Virus record (IMG/VR): IMGVR_UViG_3300017747_004549
Coordinates: 1 to 52,593 of that record
Direction: 5' to 3' (one strand)
Source of the DNA: a virus
Taxonomy: Duplodnaviria; Caudoviricetes
Length of the DNA stretch: 52,593 nucleotides
Part shown: positions 35,773 through 44,293 of the stretch, piece after piece
How the letters are laid out: the number at the start of each line of letters is the position of its first letter
Numbering within the stretch: the first letter of the stretch is position 1
Translations under genes and position numbers: made by a program
The notes under the pieces: model-generated
Database searches by the model: none
The model's input: the letters and a program-made list of their open reading frames with translations, nothing else
Told to the model about the DNA's origin: nothing

Positions 35773-36304
35773 TATCGGGCGTGCCGCCAGTGTGTTGAGT
35801 TTCCGTGATAGTTTCGGGCTCGCCGAGCGCAGTCCGTTCGAGCTTCGCGGATTCGATAAAGAATTTTAGCAGATCCCCGGCTTTCATCGTTTCGGCCGTG
35901 ATCTTCTCGAACCGCTCGCCAAATATCGCTTTCATTGCGGCAACGGCCGCCGTCTGCAGCGCGACAGCCTGGGAAGCGTGCCGCTTCGCCATCGCCTTGC
36001 GCTGCTCGCGCAAGTCAGCTTGATAAAGCCGGTCTTGCTCGCGATCCCATTCCTCGACGCGCCGGACCCATTGCCAGCGCGTTGACCATCGTTCCATTTG
36101 CGTTTTTGATTTGCCTACTTCCCGCCCGACTTTCGCCAAGCTCCGCTTGCCGCCCAGATCGCGGTAAATCACGAACGCCTCGAAAGCGCCGACGCCCTCG
36201 CCCGATTGTCGATCCCAGGGCTCGCCCACAAACGCGAACCGCTTCGCCGGCGTTGCGTCCTCTTCTGAGTCGAGCGGATCGATCTGTTCGTCTTGCTGCG
36301 CCAT
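35657..36304 (-). CDS. terS: Terminase small subunit
   Basis: W.RQ.GE...AFEAF..YRDLG..RSL..V and WS.RW.W..R; directly upstream of terL. Confidence 0.8.
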   Translation of the reverse strand: MAQQDEQIDPLDSEEDATPAKRFAFVGEPWDRQSGEGVGAFEAFVIYRDLGGKRSLAKVGREVGKSKTQMERWSTRWQWVRRVEEWDREQDRLYQADLREQRKAMAKRHASQAVALQTAAVAAMKAIFGERFEKITAETMKAGDLLKFFIESAKLERTALGEPETITETQHTGGTPDNDRKPFIPLTHAGRIDDALALLEAARARAAESIAGAAD

Positions 36305-36423
36305 CTATACACGTGCGGGGAAAGTGTGCCGAGCTCCGCCGTTTTCAAAATCCCGTAGCGTTCAGCGGATAGCCAATGTGGGAAATCCTACCCGCCGCTT
36401 GTGGGGCTGCTCAATCGGGCGAC

Positions 36424-36609
36424 TCAATAGCCCAGCTCGCGAAACCAGTCGCTTAGTCGCATGACGATCAGACAGAACACGCAACCAGCCAGGAAGCCCG
36501 GCAAAATTCCGTACAAAAAGCCGGAGCTGAAAAACGCCTCATTCAGTCGCTTTCGATCGGCCGAAAGATCATCGACGCCGATCGGGGATTCGTAGGGATT
36601 CGGGCCCAT
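36424..36609 (-). CDS. Small membrane protein with NPYESP
   Basis: MGPNPYESP plus a C-terminal TM; GGAG RBS. Confidence 0.55.
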   Translation of the reverse strand: MGPNPYESPIGVDDLSADRKRLNEAFFSSGFLYGILPGFLAGCVFCLIVMRLSDWFRELGY

Positions 36610-36613
36610 CGTG

Positions 36614-36799
36614 TTATCTCCAAAATTTCGGGATCGCATCGGCCGGCGTCCGCTCGCGATCGCGGCGATTTTGCTCCGCTCGCTCGTGTCTGTCATTCAG
36701 GCACCCGACCGTCCGGATCGTGAGCCCAAGCAAGAGCAATGCCACAGCGAAGAAAGCTACGGTGGCTGTGCTGTCTGTCGCTTTTTCGATAAAGCTCAT
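36614..36799 (-). CDS. Small membrane protein
   Basis: One TM; ATGA overlap with the MTase stop. Confidence 0.5.
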   Translation of the reverse strand: MSFIEKATDSTATVAFFAVALLLLGLTIRTVGCLNDRHERAEQNRRDRERTPADAIPKFWR

Positions 36800-38004
36800 T
36801 TGCGTTTCGCTTTCTTGCCGGTCACTCGCTGCCACCTATTCACGATAACATCGCAGTACCCAGGATCAATCTCCAAAGCGTAGCAAGTCCGCGCGAGCTG
36901 ATCGGCCGCGATCAGCGTCGATCCGGATCCCGCGAAGGGCTCATAGACCAGCCCGTCGGGCTGACAGCTATTAGCGATCGCCCTCGCTGCCAGGGCGACC
37001 GGCTTTTGTGTCGGGTGCTCATAATCTTTCGAGTGATCGCGATTGATCGCCCACACGTCGGAAGCTTCTGCCATCGATCGACCCGCGAACCATTTGTTGA
37101 GCCCGCCGCCCCGCGGCTTGAATCCGTGGAAGATCAGCTCGTATTGATTGTGATAGCCATTCGGCTTGAGCGCGAAATTTTCCTTGACCCAAACGAGCAT
37201 CCGCGGGAGCTGCCGGCAGTAGAGCTCGAACAATTTCCCGTATAGCGGAATGTTCCCTTCTCCGCCGCAAAAATACAGCCGGGCGTCGGGCGTTGTCGCG
37301 ACCCGAATCGCGAGCTCGAACGCAAACGGGATCGCGGTTTGCGTCACGTCGCCGGCGATCGTCTTGTTTTGGTTCCCGCCTTGAATGTTCACGCCGTAGG
37401 GCGGATCGGTAAAAACGCAATCAGCTTTCCGCTTGCCCATCAGCGCCAGAACGTCGGCTTCCTTTGTGGCGTCGCCGCATAGCAGCCGATGCTCGCCCAG
37501 CTTCCAGATATCGCCCGGCTTCGTGATCGGATCGGCCGCCGGCGCTGAATCGTCGATCTGTTCGACTTCCGGCGCTGGATCCTCGACAGTCAGCGACGCC
37601 CACAGATCCAGGGCTCCGACTTGTTGCTCGAACATGCCGGCGAAGGGCTCGCGATCCTGGGGGACGGATCCGATTAGATCCTCGAGCGCCGCAACGTCGA
37701 AACTCTTGAGCGTTGTAGTCCAATCGAAAGACGCCGTAACGGCGTTCATTTCCTCTTCGCTTAGATCCGTGATAATTACGGGGACCACTTCATCGCCCGC
37801 GATATCCCGCCGCAAGTGTCCATCCCAGATCTGAACCCGGCCGTCGGGGAGCTCGATCCCTTTCAGGGCGTCAACCATGCCGACGTCGTTCATTAGCCGG
37901 CCGACGATCGCCCTTTGCTGATCGGTATGAATCGACGGATTCCGGGGATGCTCGACAAGCTGCGACGCCGGCAGCTCGACAATCTTCAAAATACGATTGC
38001 GCAT
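36796..38004 (-). CDS. ParB-N / DNA amino-methyltransferase fusion (beta class, DPPY)
   Basis: HPRNP..H and DGHLR; HRLLCGDAT, VFTDPPY, HPTQKP, YEPFAGSGST. Confidence 0.92.
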   Translation of the reverse strand: MRNRILKIVELPASQLVEHPRNPSIHTDQQRAIVGRLMNDVGMVDALKGIELPDGRVQIWDGHLRRDIAGDEVVPVIITDLSEEEMNAVTASFDWTTTLKSFDVAALEDLIGSVPQDREPFAGMFEQQVGALDLWASLTVEDPAPEVEQIDDSAPAADPITKPGDIWKLGEHRLLCGDATKEADVLALMGKRKADCVFTDPPYGVNIQGGNQNKTIAGDVTQTAIPFAFELAIRVATTPDARLYFCGGEGNIPLYGKLFELYCRQLPRMLVWVKENFALKPNGYHNQYELIFHGFKPRGGGLNKWFAGRSMAEASDVWAINRDHSKDYEHPTQKPVALAARAIANSCQPDGLVYEPFAGSGSTLIAADQLARTCYALEIDPGYCDVIVNRWQRVTGKKAKRK

Positions 38005-38009
38005 GTTTT

Positions 38010-39347
38010 TTAGAGTCCAACCCCGATAATGACGTCGGTCGATGTTGCCGACTGTAGAGCAAGCGACGCGATCAGCGTCAGCCCGTCGGTTTGGTAAACA
38101 TCCAGATCTGTGCCGCTTACTTCCGCCGCTTGGATTTGCTGGATCATCCCATATTCCGAACCCAGGCTGAGCGCGTCGCCGTCGCCTGATGCTTCGACAT
38201 TGGCTTGCGTCCGCCGGCGATTGTGATCGGCGATCTTGTTCGCCGCGGCCGCCGCGATCGACGCCGCGCTGATTACATTCGTCCCGATGCTCGACACCGC
38301 GACGCCGGCCGCGGCCGTGATGTTCGTTGTGCTCGCGACAGTCCCGGGGAACGTTGCCGCCAGGAAGCCCGTCGGCTGAGTATAGGTAGCCATTCGCGTT
38401 GACGTTGCTACGTCGGTGTTTGTGTAGATATTGTTTGCCGTCGTCTGCAACGTCATTTGACTAGCCGACGTAGCGAGCCCGTTTTGTAGCTCCGTTGTAA
38501 CGTCCGCCGCCAGCTTCGCGGCCGTGATCGTATCGGCCGCCAGCGCCGCGGCGTCGATCGCTCCGGCCGCAAAGACGCCGTTCGCTAGTGCACCCGTAGC
38601 AAACTTCGCGCTAGTGAACGCCGAGCTCGCGATGGCCGCGGCCGTGATCGCTCCGGATCCCCAGGCCGTTCCCGCGGCGTGCGTCGTGTTCACTTCCGGC
38701 CGGCCGGCGCTAAACGTTCCAGCCGTGCCGCCAAAATGCGAAACGTTCACTTCCGGCCGGCCGCCTGAGAATGTTCCAGCCGTGCCGCCGTATCGCGTGA
38801 TGTTCGCCGCAACAGCGCTATTGGCTATCGTGAGCGTATTGAAATTGTTGGGGTAATCGGTCCCCTCTCCCGTCCCGCCGTCGATATACCCGCGGGCGAC
38901 AACGTTCGGAACTCCGAGCTCCGTATTGACCTCGACCGCCGCGGAGTCGCCATCCCAGGAGTAAACATCAACCCGCGGGACGCCGGTCGTTGCTTCCGCG
39001 ATCGTCAACCGAAACCAGTAAGTAAAGCGGACAGTTTGACCGTCAACCGTGATCGCGTTCACGTGCACCCAGTAAGTCGATCCCGCGGCGTAGAAACTCG
39101 CGTCGCTATTGTCGGCCAGATCGATCGAAAAACCGTGCAAGCCCGTTGATCCGTCGAAATCGATCCCGTCAGTATCCAACAGCGCATAGCCGTTATCGCT
39201 GCTCCGTTGCGTGATGCTCCCGTTTTTGTAAATCTCGATATCAGTCACCGCTAAGCCGGTGATCGTGACCGACGCGCCGGAGCTGTTATAGGTATCAAAC
39301 GGCAGATATAGCACGATTCCGGCGGGAACGTTTCCCAAAACGATCAT
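38010..39347 (-). CDS. Putative virion fibre / structural protein
   Basis: Ala/Thr/Gly-rich; 19 aa internal repeat GGTAGTFSxGRPEVN; repeated AITAA-like units. Confidence 0.55.
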   Translation of the reverse strand: MIVLGNVPAGIVLYLPFDTYNSSGASVTITGLAVTDIEIYKNGSITQRSSDNGYALLDTDGIDFDGSTGLHGFSIDLADNSDASFYAAGSTYWVHVNAITVDGQTVRFTYWFRLTIAEATTGVPRVDVYSWDGDSAAVEVNTELGVPNVVARGYIDGGTGEGTDYPNNFNTLTIANSAVAANITRYGGTAGTFSGGRPEVNVSHFGGTAGTFSAGRPEVNTTHAAGTAWGSGAITAAAIASSAFTSAKFATGALANGVFAAGAIDAAALAADTITAAKLAADVTTELQNGLATSASQMTLQTTANNIYTNTDVATSTRMATYTQPTGFLAATFPGTVASTTNITAAAGVAVSSIGTNVISAASIAAAAANKIADHNRRRTQANVEASGDGDALSLGSEYGMIQQIQAAEVSGTDLDVYQTDGLTLIASLALQSATSTDVIIGVGL

Positions 39348-39353
39348 TGTTTG

Positions 39354-40070
39354 TCATCCTACAAGAGAAGTCCGTGCGAGCTTCGGCGAGCGAAACAAGC
39401 CGCCGCCGACAGTCGCCAGCGGATAGGTGCGGCCGTTGCCGGAGTTGTATAGGTAGGTTAGTTCGGCGCTTGTTAAAAGTCGCTTGGCGAAAAAAACTTC
39501 GTCGATCAGCCCGTTCCAATAAACGCCGGCCGTCGATCTTGCCCCAATCCTAAAATCCGATGTTCCGTTTCGTACTCCGCCACTGTGAGCGGTAGCGTCC
39601 GGCGTTCCATCGTTGACCCGAATCCGGATTTCGTCGGCGTCGGCGTCATGCTCGCAAACAACAAAATACCATGTAGCGGTCGACGGGCTGCCGAGAGTGT
39701 CAGCCGAAACAGATGCCGCGACGGCCGTCCCGTTCGTTGAAACTTGAAACTGGAACCGATCGGCAGTATTAAAATAAAGCAGCTCGTATTCGCGCTGGCT
39801 CGACGTATTCCACTTGCTGAGCATCGACATAGCGGCGGATTTTGTGGTCGCCCGAAACCACCCGCCCATCGTGAAATTGATATCAGCAACCGACAGCGGA
39901 GCATTGTCGGCGATCGTCAGATATTGCGAGCTCGCCGACGCTAGACTTACCCCGTTGTTCACCTTCGCCGCTGAAAACGTCGCCGTGTTAACGTTTGTTA
40001 GCGTGTTTGATCCGTGAGAATCATTCACGTTTTCGAGTGCCCAGTAGGCTTGAAAATCGGTCAGATCCAC
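39354..40070 (-). CDS. LamG / concanavalin A-like lectin domain virion protein
   Basis: AYWAL...DS.GSNTLT, FT..GWF, TWYFV, FRIG, WNGLIDEV....R.LT..E...LYN.G. Confidence 0.85.
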   Translation of the reverse strand: MDLTDFQAYWALENVNDSHGSNTLTNVNTATFSAAKVNNGVSLASASSQYLTIADNAPLSVADINFTMGGWFRATTKSAAMSMLSKWNTSSQREYELLYFNTADRFQFQVSTNGTAVAASVSADTLGSPSTATWYFVVCEHDADADEIRIRVNDGTPDATAHSGGVRNGTSDFRIGARSTAGVYWNGLIDEVFFAKRLLTSAELTYLYNSGNGRTYPLATVGGGLFRSPKLARTSLVG

Positions 40071-40083
40071 GGCCGCCCCCTAA

Positions 40084-40608
40084 CTATTCCGCCGCCAGCA
40101 GCGGCGCGACTTTCGCACTCAGATCGCCGGCGAATTTTAGCAGATCCGCCAAGCAATCGCGGCGGGCTTTCGCCAGTCGCGTTGCAGCCTGCGCCTCGAT
40201 CGTCGTCTGGTTGAGTCGATCGCGAACCGTCGCGAGCTCTTGCCGGAGCTTGCCGAGCTCATCCGCCGCCGCTCGATCCGCTTGCGCCATCTTCTCCATC
40301 GCCCGGGCGACTTCGGCCGATGTTTGCGCGATCAGATCCCGGGCTTCTTTGAGCTGCGCCGTGAGCGACTCCGCCCCCAGGTTTAGCGCGGTGATCGTCT
40401 TCCCTTGCTCGCCAAGCGCGACGTCCCGGGCTTTCGCGTCCAGTCGAGCGCGAACGAACCGCTCGAACAGCTCCGGCAGCGCCAGGGGACGTAAGTCGCC
40501 GGCCATCCTCGATTGTTCGGCGAGCTCGCCGAATTCCTTGATTAGCTCCGGCAGCTTGGCCTTGAGCTCCGCCGCCCCCAGGTTTTCGATTTCGCGATAA
40601 GTCAACAT
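40084..40608 (-). CDS. Coiled-coil hypothetical protein
   Basis: Heptad-like Ala/Leu/Glu; AAGGGG RBS. Confidence 0.7.
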   Translation of the reverse strand: MLTYREIENLGAAELKAKLPELIKEFGELAEQSRMAGDLRPLALPELFERFVRARLDAKARDVALGEQGKTITALNLGAESLTAQLKEARDLIAQTSAEVARAMEKMAQADRAAADELGKLRQELATVRDRLNQTTIEAQAATRLAKARRDCLADLLKFAGDLSAKVAPLLAAE

Positions 40609-40627
40609 AGATTCCCCTTTTGAAAAA

Positions 40628-40843
40628 TTACGGTTTACCGTTCACACCGAAAAACATCGCCCAGGCACCCCGGAACCCATACGTCGCCGGGGGCGGCGGG
40701 GGCCCTCCGCCGCCGCCAGTGCCGGGCTGGAACGGGCCCGTCGATTGCCCGATCCGCCGGGCCTTGTCCCGGATCGCGAACCCGCCGCGCAGGCTTGCCC
40801 CGATCCTCGACTTCGTGGAATTTTGCGGATCGGCCGTAGCCAT
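40628..40843 (-). CDS. Small Gly/Pro-rich hypothetical protein
   Basis: 71 aa ORF in the operon; GGAG upstream. Confidence 0.5.
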   Translation of the reverse strand: MATADPQNSTKSRIGASLRGGFAIRDKARRIGQSTGPFQPGTGGGGGPPPPPATYGFRGAWAMFFGVNGKP

Positions 40844-40847
40844 GCGA

Positions 40848-41489
40848 TCAGCTCCAGATGATTTTCATCGCGCCAGCGCCGCCGATCCCGCCGGCCCCGG
40901 CGACTAAACCAGCGCCGCCGCCGCCGCCGCCGCCTGGGGCGTTGCCGTTGCCGCCAGCGCCGCCGGATCCGCCAGCGCCGCCGTTGCCATCGCCGACGCC
41001 GATCATCCCGGCCCCGGCCCCGCCAGCGCCGCCAGCGTCGCCGCCAGTGCCGCCGCCGCCGGATCCCGACGCCCCGCCGCCGCCGCCGGATCCTTGAACG
41101 CCGGGCGCTCCTGCCGCTCCGCCGGTTTCAGTGATTTCCGGGATCCCGGCTTCGACCGATCCGCCGGCCGGAGCTCGAACGAGCACCGTTGCCCCGCGGC
41201 GGAGCTCCGCGTGACTGTCGAGATTGATCGTGAGCACTTCGCCGGGCGTGACGGCAACCGTTGTCAGCGTCGCATTGCCGCCAGCGCCGCCAGCGCCGCC
41301 GTTCAGCCCGACGCCGGGGGATCCGTCTTGCCCGCGGCCGATCGCCTCGACAGCGATCGACGTTTGTCCGCTGGGGATCTGAATCGTCGAATTGACGGCG
41401 TGGATTGTCTCGCCAGCGATCGCGGCGACAATCCCGACCGAATCAGCCGAGCGGATCCCGTAATTTCCGATTGAGTTAGGGCGCATCAC
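40848..41489 (-). CDS. Glycine-rich putative virion protein
   Basis: VEAIG.G, GGAGG....T.VAVTPG, GGGGGG and final ..IIW, typical of glycine-rich fibre domains. Confidence 0.7.
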   Translation of the reverse strand: MMRPNSIGNYGIRSADSVGIVAAIAGETIHAVNSTIQIPSGQTSIAVEAIGRGQDGSPGVGLNGGAGGAGGNATLTTVAVTPGEVLTINLDSHAELRRGATVLVRAPAGGSVEAGIPEITETGGAAGAPGVQGSGGGGGASGSGGGGTGGDAGGAGGAGAGMIGVGDGNGGAGGSGGAGGNGNAPGGGGGGGAGLVAGAGGIGGAGAMKIIWS

Positions 41490-41490
41490 T

Positions 41491-41811
41491 TTACACCGAT
41501 GCTTGGCGCTGCCAGCGCATTACTTCCAGGATTTGCCCGGCGTTGTCACTCGAAACGAACAACGTCGTTCCGCCGGGCGTTGAAATTTTTTCTGGGCTGT
41601 TCAGAACTTGCCCGCTCTTGCACGTCATATAGGGCCCGGTAGGGGCGGCCCCATCGGCAAGCCCCGTAGCCCAGGCGAACCGGAAGTCCGCGGCCGTGCG
41701 GGATTGAATCGAAAAATGATGAACGCCGCCCAGATCGATTTCGTATTCCTGATCGGCGACAGCCAGGGCAACCGTGACAATCGGCAGGGGCGTTAAAACT
41801 TCGCTTGACAT
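41491..41811 (-). CDS. Small beta-rich putative virion protein (MSSEVL)
   Basis: GGGAG RBS; heads the structural-like operon. Confidence 0.6.
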   Translation of the reverse strand: MSSEVLTPLPIVTVALAVADQEYEIDLGGVHHFSIQSRTAADFRFAWATGLADGAAPTGPYMTCKSGQVLNSPEKISTPGGTTLFVSSDNAGQILEVMRWQRQASV

Positions 41812-41876
41812 TGGCAGCACTCCCGACAGTGACAGAAAACAGATAGCCGATAACATACCCGCCCAGCGTGGGCGCG

Positions 41877-42230
41877 TCATTCCCACAGTTTACCGGCTTC
41901 CGGCTCGAGGATTACTTCGCGGCCGGCGGACAGCTCCGCCAGATCCTCCGGCGTCAGATCGCCGGCGAGCATTTGCCGCGGACCATCGACCACCGACCAG
42001 CCGTTGCCATACTCGCGCCCGCAGCGGGGGCAGTAGTTGCGCTGCTCGACAAACGCCGAAATATTCCGGGCGGAAACTCCCCAGCCCAAGATCCGGATCC
42101 GATGGCGAAAGTCGGGGACGTGCCGGCCCCGATTGCAAGGATGCAACCAGGGACACAGAAACGCGACGATAGTCGGCAGGAACGGCAGGACAGCAGCACA
42201 GACCAGAGCGGCGACAGCGATCGCGATCAT
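41877..42230 (-). CDS. Hypothetical membrane protein with CPRC
   Basis: Hydrophobic N-terminus; overlaps the VRR-NUC stop. Confidence 0.5.
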   Translation of the reverse strand: MIAIAVAALVCAAVLPFLPTIVAFLCPWLHPCNRGRHVPDFRHRIRILGWGVSARNISAFVEQRNYCPRCGREYGNGWSVVDGPRQMLAGDLTPEDLAELSAGREVILEPEAGKLWE

Positions 42231-42595
42231 TTTACGGGCTCCAAAATCGGGCGATAAATTTCCAGGCCAGCGGCGGAGTGTAGTTCAGAAAATCGGAACT
42301 CCCAGGCTTCGAGCAAGATTTCGCGAACCCGCTCGACAGTGCAAGCGACCGCGCAATATCCGCCGGCGGCCTCGATTTGCTTCATCCGGGCAAGCTGGAT
42401 CTTCGTCGGCTCGCCGGCGGCCGTCGCCTTTAGTTCGATGAAAACGGGAACGCCGTAGAACACGACGCACAGATCCGGGATCCCCATTTTTTGCATCCCG
42501 GAACCGTGCACCTTATAGAACCATAGCTTGTGCCGCGGCTGCAATCGTTTCAGATACTTGGCGACCCGATCTTTCAAGTTTGTTTCCGCCCCCAT
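42227..42595 (-). CDS. VRR-NUC (PD-(D/E)xK) nuclease
   Basis: E, GIPDL, FIELK and PT..Q motifs. Confidence 0.9.
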   Translation of the reverse strand: MGAETNLKDRVAKYLKRLQPRHKLWFYKVHGSGMQKMGIPDLCVVFYGVPVFIELKATAAGEPTKIQLARMKQIEAAGGYCAVACTVERVREILLEAWEFRFSELHSAAGLEIYRPILEPVK

Positions 42596-42597
42596 TT

Positions 42598-42915
42598 TTA
42601 GTTACTCCCTCGCTTTGCCGTTTTTGTGGCTTGCAGAATTACCCGATTGAGTAGGGCGATCGTTACTTCGTTGGCGGCCTTGATCGACTCCCTCAAGATC
42701 GGATGCAAACCGCCGCCGATCGCCACCGAGCTCACCGCGAAAATCTTGTCTTCGTGCGCTCGAACAGCCCGGACAAGATCGGCCGCATTGACCCACACGT
42801 CGCCGCCGGGCTCGTTATTCCCGCGGGCGTCCGTTTCGTCATCGTGAGTAAAAAACCGGATTTCGTCGATCTGTTCGATCGGCACCCCGGTTTGCGTTGC
42901 TTTCGTTTTTGCCAT
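42598..42915 (-). CDS. Hypothetical protein
   Basis: ORF in the operon, start MAKTKA. Confidence 0.6.
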   Translation of the reverse strand: MAKTKATQTGVPIEQIDEIRFFTHDDETDARGNNEPGGDVWVNAADLVRAVRAHEDKIFAVSSVAIGGGLHPILRESIKAANEVTIALLNRVILQATKTAKRGSN

Positions 42916-42917
42916 TG

Positions 42918-43493
42918 TTACCCCGGATAATCCCAAGTCCCGAAACCAGCGCGGAGGAAAAATTCGACGTTTTGCAAGCTGGGCGGGCAGTCGTCGGGCT
43001 CGCCTTCGCTGTTAGCGAATACCCCGCGGATCCTCTCGCCCGATTTTAACGGCCGGCAGAGCGCGCAAAATTCGAGCCCGGCTTCCGTGCGATAGAACAA
43101 CCGACGGCCGCACTCGAAACAGCAAGCCGGGCAGCTCGCCGGCCCGGCGGGATCCCCGTCGCGGCGGAGCTCCGCGAAGTGCCAGTGCGGGATCGCCGTT
43201 GAATACTCCGCCAGATCCCAGCAACCGCCGCGCCCGGGCGTGTACCAGTGATCCAGGTACTCGACATACCGGGGGACGCCCATTTCGCCCCAGGGCAGCC
43301 GATCGACGGCCGCAGGGAACGCCGGCAGCCGGCGAAGTCGCCACAGTCCCGGCCGGAGCTCCGCGGCCGCGGCGTCGATCCTGGGCGGCAACGTCCGGAG
43401 CTTCGCCGGGGGCGATTGCCGGACGGCCGGCAGCTCCCGGGGAGCGTCCGGCGCTTGCAGTTGTGCGGCGAGCTGTTCCAGGATGCTAGGCAT
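42918..43493 (-). CDS. Hypothetical protein with a C4 zinc finger
   Basis: CFECG...FCALC; coupled to neighbours. Confidence 0.5.
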   Translation of the reverse strand: MPSILEQLAAQLQAPDAPRELPAVRQSPPAKLRTLPPRIDAAAAELRPGLWRLRRLPAFPAAVDRLPWGEMGVPRYVEYLDHWYTPGRGGCWDLAEYSTAIPHWHFAELRRDGDPAGPASCPACCFECGRRLFYRTEAGLEFCALCRPLKSGERIRGVFANSEGEPDDCPPSLQNVEFFLRAGFGTWDYPG

Positions 43494-44040
43494 TTTCCCC
43501 CCTGAAAAATTCCGCGGCGTCGGCTTCCGCCTGGGCGGCCTCTTCCGGCGTGTACTCCCGCCGGCTTCGATTCGCGTCGATCGTCCGGATCCGCAGATTG
43601 CGGCCGCGATTGTTCGAGCGGTTCAGGTCTTCGTGATCCACGTCAAGGCAGAGCGGCAGCTCGATAAAATTCGCTTGCCAGTTGTCCGCGTATTTTTCGA
43701 TCGCCCGGAGCTTGGCGACAACCAGCCGGTGAACGAGCACATACTGCCGCCGCCGCCAGCGTTTGACGGGCTTCCCGTGGTGATTGCCGCTAAACGTCGG
43801 CCGGCCCCGCGGCGTCCGCTCGACATTCAGCGTAAAGCCGGCGTAGCCGTCTCGATCGATATGCAACCGCCGCTTCACTCGCCGGCGGAAATTGGTGAAC
43901 ACTTCTCCCGTCTCGCAGCGCACGTCAAGCGTCCCGTTGCGGACGCATTCAGTAACGAGCGACAGCGCCGGGGGGTCGCTTCGATGCACTCGCCGGCGGC
44001 CGGTCGAGTACGGGCTTGGGCTTCGTTTTTTTCGGGCCAT
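43486..44040 (-). CDS. HNH endonuclease
   Basis: DRDGY, LVHRLV, DVDHEDLNRSNN...NLR.....N. Confidence 0.88.
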   Translation of the reverse strand: MARKKRSPSPYSTGRRRVHRSDPPALSLVTECVRNGTLDVRCETGEVFTNFRRRVKRRLHIDRDGYAGFTLNVERTPRGRPTFSGNHHGKPVKRWRRRQYVLVHRLVVAKLRAIEKYADNWQANFIELPLCLDVDHEDLNRSNNRGRNLRIRTIDANRSRREYTPEEAAQAEADAAEFFRGENA

Positions 44041-44291
44041 TATGTTTTTCCTCCCGGCAGCTTCTGGGGATCGGGCAAGAGCTCGCGACGATCTTCCACA
44101 GTCAGCGCGTCGCTTGTCACTTCGCCGCGCAGCTCCGCAAAATTGACACCTTGCCGGAGCTCGACCTCGACCCGCCGGCCCCTCCCGTAATGGCTCGCGA
44201 AATTGGCAAGCCGGACGATCAGCAGCTCCAGGTCTCGCGATCGCCTTTCGGCGCTTTCAAATTCGATCCGCTCAAAATACACGGCTTTCAT
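44040..44291 (-). CDS. Small hypothetical protein
   Basis: Fills the gap between helicase and HNH; start uncertain. Confidence 0.5.
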   Translation of the reverse strand: MKAVYFERIEFESAERRSRDLELLIVRLANFASHYGRGRRVEVELRQGVNFAELRGEVTSDALTVEDRRELLPDPQKLPGGKT

Positions 44292-44293
44292 GT

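Noticed and set aside
36618-36633. Operator-like TCCAAAATTTCGGGA
   Set aside because: One half-site is imperfect, it is inside coding sequence, and there is no adjacent promoter
36796-38004. ParB as evidence of a plasmid-prophage partition system
   Set aside because: It is the common ParB-N/MTase fusion near terminase genes, and no ParA was seen
38689-38790. 57 bp-period duplication as a DGR template/variable pair
   Set aside because: In-frame protein repeat; no reverse transcriptase in the genome
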